From assembly GCA_040757315.1 (NCBI GenBank), contig JBFLXP010000001.1:1-27550 (forward strand): a stretch of 27,550 nucleotides of DNA, written 5' to 3'. Numbering within the stretch: the first letter of the stretch is position 1; every line of letters starts with the position of its first letter. The notes beneath the pieces were generated by a model. The model was not told where the DNA came from, did not search any database, and saw nothing but the letters and a program-made list of their open reading frames with translations. Source of the stretch: Nitrospirota bacterium (GTDB lineage: Bacteria > Nitrospirota > Thermodesulfovibrionia > Thermodesulfovibrionales > SM23-35). Made by a program: the position numbers and the translations under genes. Positions 17,342-24,425 of the stretch are shown in pieces.

Positions 17342-18507
17342 CTATGAAGCACATCGCTATTCTCGGATCAACCGGTTCAATCGGCAGGAACGCTCTCACG
17401 ATCGTTTCGCGCCACAGAGACCTCTTCAAGGTCATTGCGCTGACAGCGGGAAAGAATATCGACCTGCTCGAAAGACAGATCAGGTTGTTCTCTCCCGAGG
17501 TCGTGGCCGTCGCGGACGAGGAGGCGGCGCATGCACTCGAAAAAAAAATCGGGCGAAGAGGATCGTCAACGCTCAGGATACTGGCCGGCGAAGAAGGCGT
17601 GGCGGCGGCCGCAGCGCATAAGAAATCCGACTTCGTCCTTTCGGCTATCGTCGGATCGGCAGGACTCGCTCCAACCCTTGCCGCTATTCGTTCCGGCAAA
17701 ACAATAGGTCTCGCAAACAAGGAAGCTCTGGTCATGGCCGGCAAGATAATGATGCGCGAGGCGGATAAGTATGAAGCGACAATCATTCCCGTGGACAGCG
17801 AACACAGTGCGATTTTCCAGTGTGTCGAGGGGCGCAGGCGGTCGGATGTCAGGAGGATAATCCTCACCGCCTCCGGCGGGCCTTTCGCTGAAACAAACAA
17901 GTGCGACCTCCGCGACATCACTCCCGCACAGGCATTGAATCATCCGCGATGGAAGATGGGCAGGAAGATAACCATAGATTCGGCAACACTGATGAACAAG
18001 GGATTCGAGGTTATAGAAGCTCATCATCTCTTCGGTCTTCCTCCCGAAAAGATAGACGTCCTCGTCCATCCGCAGAGTATCGTCCATTCAATTGTCGAAT
18101 TCAGTGACAGAAGCTGCATCGCCCAGATGTCGGTGCCGGATATGAAAGCGCCCATAGCCTATGCCCTGACATATCCGGAAAGACTCGGGGATGTAATTCA
18201 TGGACTCTCTCTCCATGAGGTGGGATCACTAACATTCAGAAAACCCGAGACCCGGTGTTTCCCTTGTCTCACTTATGCATATGAGGCCCTGAGAGAAGGC
18301 GGCACCATGCCCTGCGTGATGAATGCGGCGAATGAGGTTGCCGTGCAGGCGTTTCTTAAAGGCCTCGTCAGGTTTACCGAAATACCCCGTATCATCAAAA
18401 AGACCATGAACGGGCACGCGGTAAGATCTGATAACACGCTCTCATACATTGTTGAGGCGGACAGGTGGTCGCGGGAAACTGCAAAAAAAATGGTGAAAAA
18501 GCTATGA
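17338..18507 (+). CDS. dxr: 1-deoxy-D-xylulose 5-phosphate reductoisomerase
   Basis: LGSTGSIG, LANKEAL, PVDSEHSAIFQ, LTASGGPF, MGRKITIDSATLMNKG. Confidence 0.97.
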   Translation: MTMKHIAILGSTGSIGRNALTIVSRHRDLFKVIALTAGKNIDLLERQIRLFSPEVVAVADEEAAHALEKKIGRRGSSTLRILAGEEGVAAAAAHKKSDFVLSAIVGSAGLAPTLAAIRSGKTIGLANKEALVMAGKIMMREADKYEATIIPVDSEHSAIFQCVEGRRRSDVRRIILTASGGPFAETNKCDLRDITPAQALNHPRWKMGRKITIDSATLMNKGFEVIEAHHLFGLPPEKIDVLVHPQSIVHSIVEFSDRSCIAQMSVPDMKAPIAYALTYPERLGDVIHGLSLHEVGSLTFRKPETRCFPCLTYAYEALREGGTMPCVMNAANEVAVQAFLKGLVRFTEIPRIIKKTMNGHAVRSDNTLSYIVEADRWSRETAKKMVKKL

Positions 18508-19574
18508 GCGTATTATCGGCGATAGTGCTTCTTGGAATCATCATCTTTGTCCACGAACTCGGACATTTCATATTTGCGAAGCTCCTCGGTGTGAGAGTGC
18601 TGAAGTTCTCACTCGGTTTCGGGCCGAGGGTGGTCGGCAAGAAGATCGGGGATACGGAATACCTCTTGTCTGCCATACCCTTTGGCGGATATGTAAAACC
18701 CTTGGGGGAACAACCGGGTGAGGAGCTTGCGGAGGAGGACAAGCCTTTTGCCTTCAACTACCAGCCTGTGTGGAAGCGGTTTCTCATCGTATTCGCAGGC
18801 CCCTTTTTCAATGTGGTTTCTGCCGCCGTAATCTTTTTCTTCACCTTCATGAGCGGGCTGCCTGTCCTGCTGCCGGAGGTGGGAAGTGTCGTCGAAAAAT
18901 CTCCTGCGGAGAAAGCCGGTATTCTCAAAGGCGACAAGATCATCGGGATAGAGGAGATCAAGGTGCGTCAGTGGGATGAGATGACGAAGATCATCCATGA
19001 GAATCCCGGAAAACCGCTGATGGTAACTATCGACAGAAACGGAAAGGTCTTCAACATATCTGTAACGCCGGAGAAAAAGCAGGTGACGGACATTTTCGGC
19101 GAGGGGAAGGAAATCGGCCTTATCGGCATCAAGCCTTCGGGAGCTTCAATCGTCAAAAGAGAGAGCGTCCCCGATGCTTTCAGAGACAGCATCCTCAGGA
19201 CGTGGGATATTTCTGCGCTGACAATCGTTTCTATTGTCAAACTTATACAACGGGCGATCCCCTTCGAAACCATCGGAGGTCCTATTATGATCGTGCAGAT
19301 GGCCGGCGAACAAGCCGCCCAGGGAGCCCTGAATTTCTTCGTTTTCATGGCTATCATCAATATCAACCTCGGCGTACTGAACCTTCTGCCGATACCGATT
19401 CTGGATGGAGGCCATATCCTGTTTCTGGGGATAGAGGCGATACGCAGGAAACCGGTCAGCGAGAAGGTCATATCCGTCAGCCAGAAGATCGGACTTGCGG
19501 TACTCCTCACGCTCATAGCCTTCGTCATGTATAACGATGTAATCCGGCTTATAACAGGAAAGACGTTTCCGTGA
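18504..19574 (+). CDS. rseP: RIP metalloprotease RseP (start at 18504, ATGA overlap with dxr)
   Basis: HELGH zinc motif, PDZ segment, NLLPIPILDGG. Confidence 0.95.
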   Translation: MSVLSAIVLLGIIIFVHELGHFIFAKLLGVRVLKFSLGFGPRVVGKKIGDTEYLLSAIPFGGYVKPLGEQPGEELAEEDKPFAFNYQPVWKRFLIVFAGPFFNVVSAAVIFFFTFMSGLPVLLPEVGSVVEKSPAEKAGILKGDKIIGIEEIKVRQWDEMTKIIHENPGKPLMVTIDRNGKVFNISVTPEKKQVTDIFGEGKEIGLIGIKPSGASIVKRESVPDAFRDSILRTWDISALTIVSIVKLIQRAIPFETIGGPIMIVQMAGEQAAQGALNFFVFMAIININLGVLNLLPIPILDGGHILFLGIEAIRRKPVSEKVISVSQKIGLAVLLTLIAFVMYNDVIRLITGKTFP

Positions 19575-19604
19575 TTGTTACTCCGGCAGGTAAAAAACAC
19601 GTAC

Positions 19605-19672
19605 CGTCATTCCCCGGCTTGACCGGGGAATCCAGAAGGGAACTGGATGCTCCGATCAAGTCGGAGCACGAC
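19605..19672. repeat. Inverted doublet of GTC-tagged REP-like hairpins (REPIN-like)
   Basis: CGTCATTCCCCGG-CTTGA-CCGGGGAATCCAG, 7-bp spacer, then the reverse-oriented unit GTCGTGCTCCGA-CTTGA-TCGGAGCATCCAG. Confidence 0.85.
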
Positions 19673-19803
19673 ATTAATTGCCGTAGTAATAGTCACAGCG
19701 GAGCACCCTCTTTTTTGTTGTCATCCGATCCGTCGTACTTAAGACGGATGTTTCGGGGTCTCTTTTCGGCAGGCCGGTGCATGTAACCTGGGCATTACCA
19801 TCT

Positions 19804-19827
19804 GTCATTCCGGCTTGTCCGGAATCC
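19804..19827. repeat. Single GTCATT-tagged REP-like hairpin
   Basis: GTC-ATTCCGG-CTTGT-CCGGAAT-CC. Confidence 0.75.
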
Positions 19828-19855
19828 TTCTTTGTTAGTCTGGAGAGGAATTCCG

Positions 19856-20317
19856 ATGGGTAAGATAGTTAGTTGGGCTGAACTAAAAGATATCACCGAC
19901 GCCTTGAAGTCCGCCGGCAAAGAAATCGTCTTCACCAACGGATGCTTCGATATCATCCATGTCGGCCACATCCGCTATCTCGGGGAAGCCAAATCCCTCG
20001 GCGACATTCTCGTCATCGGCCTGAACTCCGATGCTTCCGTATTGCGAATTAAGCCGGGAAGACCCGTCACCCCGCAGGATCAAAGGGCCGAGGTGCTTGC
20101 AGCCCTTGAGATCGTCGATTATGTTGCATTGTTTGACGAAGATACACCCTATGAATTGATAAAGCTCATTCAACCCGATGTCCTCGTAAAAGGCGGCGAC
20201 TGGAAAAAAGAGGACATCGTCGGCTCCGACATCGCAAAAGAAACTTACAGCCTTCCATACATCAAAGGCGTTTCGACTACAGAGATAATAGAACGGATCA
20301 AAAGACTCAACGGTTAG
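19856..20317 (+). CDS. rfaE2: Stand-alone D-glycero-beta-D-manno-heptose 1-phosphate adenylyltransferase (HldE C-terminal domain type)
   Basis: FTNGCFDIIHVGH, GLNSDASV, LVKGGDW, GVSTT. Confidence 0.92.
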   Translation: MGKIVSWAELKDITDALKSAGKEIVFTNGCFDIIHVGHIRYLGEAKSLGDILVIGLNSDASVLRIKPGRPVTPQDQRAEVLAALEIVDYVALFDEDTPYELIKLIQPDVLVKGGDWKKEDIVGSDIAKETYSLPYIKGVSTTEIIERIKRLNG

Positions 20318-20373
20318 CACGATAGAGTAGAACCTGTCTCAGAATCTCCTCTCTTCACCGTCAGGTCTTTTTC

Positions 20374-20401
20374 CGTCATTCCCGCGCAGGCGGGAATCCA
20401 G
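20374..20401. repeat. Single CGTC-tagged REP-like hairpin (fits Neisseria dRS3 pattern ATTCCC-N8-GGGAAT)
   Basis: CGTC-ATTCCCGC-GCAG-GCGGGAAT-CCAG. Confidence 0.8.
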
Positions 20402-20601
20402 TCTTTTCGGTGCCTCCCCTATTGCGCTTTCAAGCCCTTTTTGCATATCATATTTCTAATTTTCTCAGGGGAGCGAATGTGTCAAAGAGATCCCATACTC
20501 GTTTGACAGAAATCCTGGGGTTCGACCCATGACTCTAAAGATCAACCCTTCGCTTATATCTGTGGAAAGAAGGCGTGGAGCCTGCTCCACCTACCGGGCG
20601 T

Positions 20602-20823
20602 ATGAATTGGAGAGAATATATTGAAAGCACTCCCGATGTGCTGCGAGGGAAGCCAAGAATTAAGGGCACAAGAATACCGGTCAGTCTGATTCTGGGTTAT
20701 CTTGCCGCCGGCAATACAGTAGAGAAGATCATTCAGGAATTCCCTGATTTAAACAGAGAGCAGATTTCCGCATGTCTCGATTTTGCCCGTGATTTGTCAG
20801 AATTTGAAGCTCTGACCGTATGA
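20602..20823 (+). CDS. DUF433-family putative antitoxin (alternative GTG start at 20575)
   Basis: IESTPDVLRGKPRIKGTRIPV...GNTVEKIIQEFPDL..EQISACLDFA pattern. Confidence 0.9.
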   Translation: MNWREYIESTPDVLRGKPRIKGTRIPVSLILGYLAAGNTVEKIIQEFPDLNREQISACLDFARDLSEFEALTV

Positions 20824-20942
20824 GTTTGCGGTTTTTCGCAGACCAGTGCGTCCCGTGTTGCGCGGAAATACTGTTCGCTACCTTCTTAACGACACGATCC
20901 ACATGCCGAAAACAGGGTCCACCAGCCGCATCACTCCCCTGA
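20820..20942 (+). pseudogene. Truncated DUF5615/PIN-like toxin remnant
   Basis: ATGA-coupled to the DUF433 gene; begins MSLRFFADQCVP (typical DUF5615 N-terminus), loses similarity after ~12 codons and stops at 40 aa. Confidence 0.65.
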
Positions 20943-21032
20943 TTACTAAAGATTAGTTACTATCTCATAGTAACTACAAGAGAATGATGCAAATAGCGTA
21001 GTGGAAGGCCCCGGTGCAGCGACAGATCCTCT

Positions 21033-21557
21033 CTACTGAAGAGGACCTTTCAAAAGCTTGATGTCATCGATCCAGACCGTGCCCGTGCCGTTGATGACGA
21101 AGTTGAGCTTGACGTTGTCAGGGTTTTCTCCCTTCTGGAGAAAGAACGGAGTCTCCTCTGTCGCCCATTCCACAGTGCCGGTGAGCGGCGTTTCGAGGCC
21201 GCGCGAGAAGAATTCCCCCTTGCCGGGGAAGTGACACCACATTTCGAGGAACACCTGACCCTGGACGTTCTCGGTCTTCACCCTCGCCTGGTAAACCAGC
21301 CGCGCATTTTCGACGTCTATGTCTCCGGTTTCAAATAGCCTGACAACAGTCGGACTTTCTGCGGTGATCCGGAGCGACCCTTTGCCGTCGCTGGAAACAT
21401 CCTTGTCTATTGTGACGCTGGATTGGGTGATGACGCCTTCGAGAGAATCGAGGGGAAACTTCTTAATCTCGGCGACCGCCGTGCTCTTCTGCGCGCAGCC
21501 GAAAAAAGACAGAACGATAACCCATAGAATAAAATGCAGCGCCTTCGATGTTCTCAT
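21033..21557 (-). CDS. Putative lipoprotein of unknown function, possible beta-sandwich (CBM-like) fold
   Basis: Signal peptide ending in a non-canonical lipobox (SFFGC); GGAGG SD; start overlaps the hisD stop; fold is inference. Confidence 0.75.
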   Translation of the reverse strand: MRTSKALHFILWVIVLSFFGCAQKSTAVAEIKKFPLDSLEGVITQSSVTIDKDVSSDGKGSLRITAESPTVVRLFETGDIDVENARLVYQARVKTENVQGQVFLEMWCHFPGKGEFFSRGLETPLTGTVEWATEETPFFLQKGENPDNVKLNFVINGTGTVWIDDIKLLKGPLQ

Positions 21558-22837
21558 ACCGCCTTACCCTCCCTTATTCTAATAGTATTGCCGTGCGCCT
21601 GAAGGCCCTCGGCATCTGCGATAGTCCTTACCGTTCGTGCCAACTTTCTGAACCCCTGCCTCGTGAAGCCGAGCAGGCTCGACCGTTTAACAAAATCATA
21701 TACCCCGAGAGGGGACGAAAAACGCGCTGTTCCACCTGTCGGGAGGGTATGGTTCGGGCCGGCCGCATAATCGCCGAGGGCTTCCGGAGTCCATTCCCCC
21801 AAAAATATCGCCCCTGCATTCTTTATCAGAGGGAGGAGACTCTTCGACCGTTTGACAACGATTTCCAGATGCTCCGGAGCTATGCGGTTGGCAACAGCCG
21901 CAGCCTCCCCGATATCTTTCGCAAGTATTATCGCGCCATAGGTCTGCAGGGATTTCCGGGCTATCTGCTTTCTGTGAAGAGTACTCAACTGTCTTTCAAG
22001 CTCATCCTGAACGCTGCGCGCCAGTTTCCCCGAATCCGTAACGAGTATGGATGACGCATGCTCGTCGTGCTCTGCCTGGCTGAGCATATCGGAAGCAACA
22101 AAAGCGGGGGTCGCCGTTTCATCGGCAATAATCAGAATCTCGCTCGGCCCTGCGATCATATCGATATCCACTTCGCCGAAGACCATCTTCTTCGCCGTGG
22201 CGACGTAGATATTACCGGGGCCGACGATCTTATCAACCTTCCCGATCGTTTTTGTTCCATATGCCATGGCTCCGATCGCCTGTGCCCCTCCGATTCTATA
22301 CACTTCCTGAACGCCGAGCATTTGAATTGCGGCCATGACAGAGGAATTAATCTCGCCTTTGGGCGCCGGCACACAAAGGGCTATCTCCCCGACGCCGGCC
22401 ACCTGTGCAGGGATCACATTCATCAGGACCGTGGAGGGATATGCAGCTTTTCCTCCGGGTATGTAGACACCCACACGCTCGATGGGTCTGATTATCTGTC
22501 CCAGTATTGCCCCTTGCTCGCTGAAGGACCAGGACTTTTCCCTCTGCTTCTCGTGAAATCTCCTGATCCTGCGGGCGGAATGCCTAAGGGCCTTCACGAC
22601 CGCTGGATCCGCCTTTGAAGCGGATCGTGACATCTCTTCAGCGGACAGTCGCAACCGCTTCGTCCTCAGTGAATCGAAGCGCTTTGAATAAGTGAGGACA
22701 GATATGTCGCCGTTTTTCTTTACGTCATCGAGGATCGACCTGACCTGCTCCTCGATCTCTCTGCCGACGCCTGACGCTCGCACTTTGAGAATGCCGAAAA
22801 AGGCATCCCTTTGACTTCTGGTTTTTATTATCCTCAT
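21554..22837 (-). CDS. hisD: Histidinol dehydrogenase (start placed at 22837, MRIIKT)
   Basis: GVYIPGGKAAYPSTVLM, GPGNIYVA, DMIAGPSE, SQAEHD, APEHLE, GDYAAGPNHTLPT. Confidence 0.96.
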   Translation of the reverse strand: MRIIKTRSQRDAFFGILKVRASGVGREIEEQVRSILDDVKKNGDISVLTYSKRFDSLRTKRLRLSAEEMSRSASKADPAVVKALRHSARRIRRFHEKQREKSWSFSEQGAILGQIIRPIERVGVYIPGGKAAYPSTVLMNVIPAQVAGVGEIALCVPAPKGEINSSVMAAIQMLGVQEVYRIGGAQAIGAMAYGTKTIGKVDKIVGPGNIYVATAKKMVFGEVDIDMIAGPSEILIIADETATPAFVASDMLSQAEHDEHASSILVTDSGKLARSVQDELERQLSTLHRKQIARKSLQTYGAIILAKDIGEAAAVANRIAPEHLEIVVKRSKSLLPLIKNAGAIFLGEWTPEALGDYAAGPNHTLPTGGTARFSSPLGVYDFVKRSSLLGFTRQGFRKLARTVRTIADAEGLQAHGNTIRIREGKAV

Positions 22838-22857
22838 TGAGTTAATTCTATGCGCTG

Positions 22858-23033
22858 CCGGAAAGGGAGGGCGGCACGATAAGCCTTTCGCAGCGATACA
22901 TGGTGGCATCGGAAGCCACGTCGAAAAGACGAAATCAGAATAACACTTGTGATGAAGCCCTTTTTTCTCGACGCCATGCCCTAATCAAATCTCATCGCCT
23001 TGAAAGGCTTTGAGGGATGCCCTCCCTTTCCGG
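22858..23033 (-). ncRNA. Candidate structured RNA: 176-nt rod-like hairpin with asymmetric central bubble (6S RNA-like or hisD leader); strand inferred from the promoter
   Basis: Nested helices 22858-22872/23019-23033 (15 bp perfect), 22881-22889/23002-23010 (9 bp), 22893-22897/22994-22998, 22899-22903/22974-22978, 22919-22924/22968-22973. Confidence 0.55.
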
Positions 23034-23063
23034 TCTTCGATTGTTATGCAAACTGTAAGATTA

Positions 23064-23092
23064 ATTCTACTAATTCGACGCTTCTTAATCAA
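23064..23092 (-). promoter_or_regulatory. Sigma70 promoter reading toward the structured RNA and hisD
   Basis: Minus strand TTGATT-N17-TAGAAT. Confidence 0.6.
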
Positions 23093-23097
23093 CCCGA

Positions 23098-23126
23098 TTG
23101 ACATTATTTCTCATATCTATTAAATT
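23098..23126 (+). promoter_or_regulatory. Sigma70 promoter for the GAF/HD-GYP gene
   Basis: TTGACA-N17-TAAATT ending 7 bp before the ATG at 23133. Confidence 0.55.
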
Positions 23127-23132
23127 GGAGCT

Positions 23133-24425
23133 ATGAAAGAGGAAGCCGGGGGTCTGATAGCAGAGATCAAACAAAAGATTCGGCTCCTCAACGGCATTGC
23201 CGCCTTCGTCGTCGTTACACTTCTCGCCGTCATATTCAGATATCTATTCAAACCCGCAAGCGAGGTGCTCCATTTTCTTCCGGACATCTCGATAACCCTG
23301 ATTCTGTTAATCATCGTCATCCTCGTTTTCATCGGATTTTACCTGTGGGCTGTTGTTTCAAAAAAGGTCATCCGCAGCATCGAGGACTACAAGAACAGAC
23401 TCGACCATATACTTGCGGTTACAAGAGATCTGAGAGAGGAAATATATGGGGACATCCTTCTTGAGAAAGTCATGGATTCTTCACTTGCACTCACACAGTC
23501 TGACTCGGGGGCGATACTTCTTGTCGAAGACGGCGCCCTGTCTTTCAAGACTGCGAAGGGAGCCAGAGTGGAGAGTCTCCCGAGAACGATTCCGCCGGGC
23601 AAAGGCGTTGCGGGCTGGGTGGCCGGAAACGCAAAGCCTGTCCGCTCCGGGGACGTGCAGGGCGACGCCAGGTTTGATCCGGAGATCGACATGCTGATCG
23701 ATTCCAATACGCGGTCGGTTCTCTGCGTTCCTCTCCTCATGAAAACAGGCGTCATCGGAGTCGTGGAACTGTTCAACAAGAAAGAGGGTTTCTATACGGA
23801 AAAGGACGAAGAGATGATAGCCTACCTGGCGGATCAGGCGGCGATTTCTCTGGTGCGGGCGAAATTCTTCGAGGACCAAAAGAATTATGAAATTCATCTG
23901 ACCGATATTCTACTTGAGGCGATGGACTTTCATGTGCCCGAAAAAATCGGTCATTCCAAACGGGTGGCGAAATACAGCAATATCATCGCCCGTGCGATCA
24001 ATATGCCGGAAGAAGAAAAAAAACGCCTCTATTTCGCCAGTCTTCTCCATGATGTCGGGTTTCTGAAGATCAAGAGCGAACATTGTTTCCTGAAGGAGTA
24101 TTTCGTGAAGCATCCGGTTATCGGCTATGAAATGATCAAACCGATAAGCTTTTATGCCGATATCGCGCCGATTATCCTCCATCATCATGAAAGGTATGAC
24201 GGGACCGGTTATCCGGGGAGACTGATGGGAGATGATATTCCCATCGGGGCGAGGATCATAGCAATCGCCGACGCTTTCGACGCAATGGTGAGCACTGTTT
24301 CATACAAGGCACCTACGAGTTTTGAATCGGCGCTGGATGAGTTGAAAAGGAATGCGGGCAGCCAGTTTGATTTCTGGCTGGTGGAGCAATTCCTTGAGAC
24401 TATCAGCCCGGAACACTTATCGTAG
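23133..24425 (+). CDS. Membrane-anchored GAF + HD-GYP domain protein (putative cyclic dinucleotide phosphodiesterase, motif partly degenerate)
   Basis: 2 TM helices; GAF (GVAGWVA...RSVLCVPL...NKK); GHSKRV, HDVG, HHHERYDGTGYP, IADAFDAM. Confidence 0.88.
   Translation: MKEEAGGLIAEIKQKIRLLNGIAAFVVVTLLAVIFRYLFKPASEVLHFLPDISITLILLIIVILVFIGFYLWAVVSKKVIRSIEDYKNRLDHILAVTRDLREEIYGDILLEKVMDSSLALTQSDSGAILLVEDGALSFKTAKGARVESLPRTIPPGKGVAGWVAGNAKPVRSGDVQGDARFDPEIDMLIDSNTRSVLCVPLLMKTGVIGVVELFNKKEGFYTEKDEEMIAYLADQAAISLVRAKFFEDQKNYEIHLTDILLEAMDFHVPEKIGHSKRVAKYSNIIARAINMPEEEKKRLYFASLLHDVGFLKIKSEHCFLKEYFVKHPVIGYEMIKPISFYADIAPIILHHHERYDGTGYPGRLMGDDIPIGARIIAIADAFDAMVSTVSYKAPTSFESALDELKRNAGSQFDFWLVEQFLETISPEHLS

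Noticed and set aside
19720-19750. GTCATCC followed by the hairpin ATCCGTC-GTACTTAA-GACGGAT
   Set aside because: Possibly a degenerate REP, but it fits none of the families well and occurs once
19571-19786. 71-aa ORF overlapping the rseP stop
   Set aside because: It is largely the translation of the REP doublet (SFPGLTGESR...LDAPIKSEHD) and has no protein-like features
20328-20348. AGAACCTGTCTCAGAA resembling an IS end
   Set aside because: No matching second end or transposase remnant found in the window
20515-20532. GGGGTTCGACCC resembling a tRNA T-arm
   Set aside because: No 5-bp T-stem, anticodon arm, D-arm or acceptor stem can be built around it
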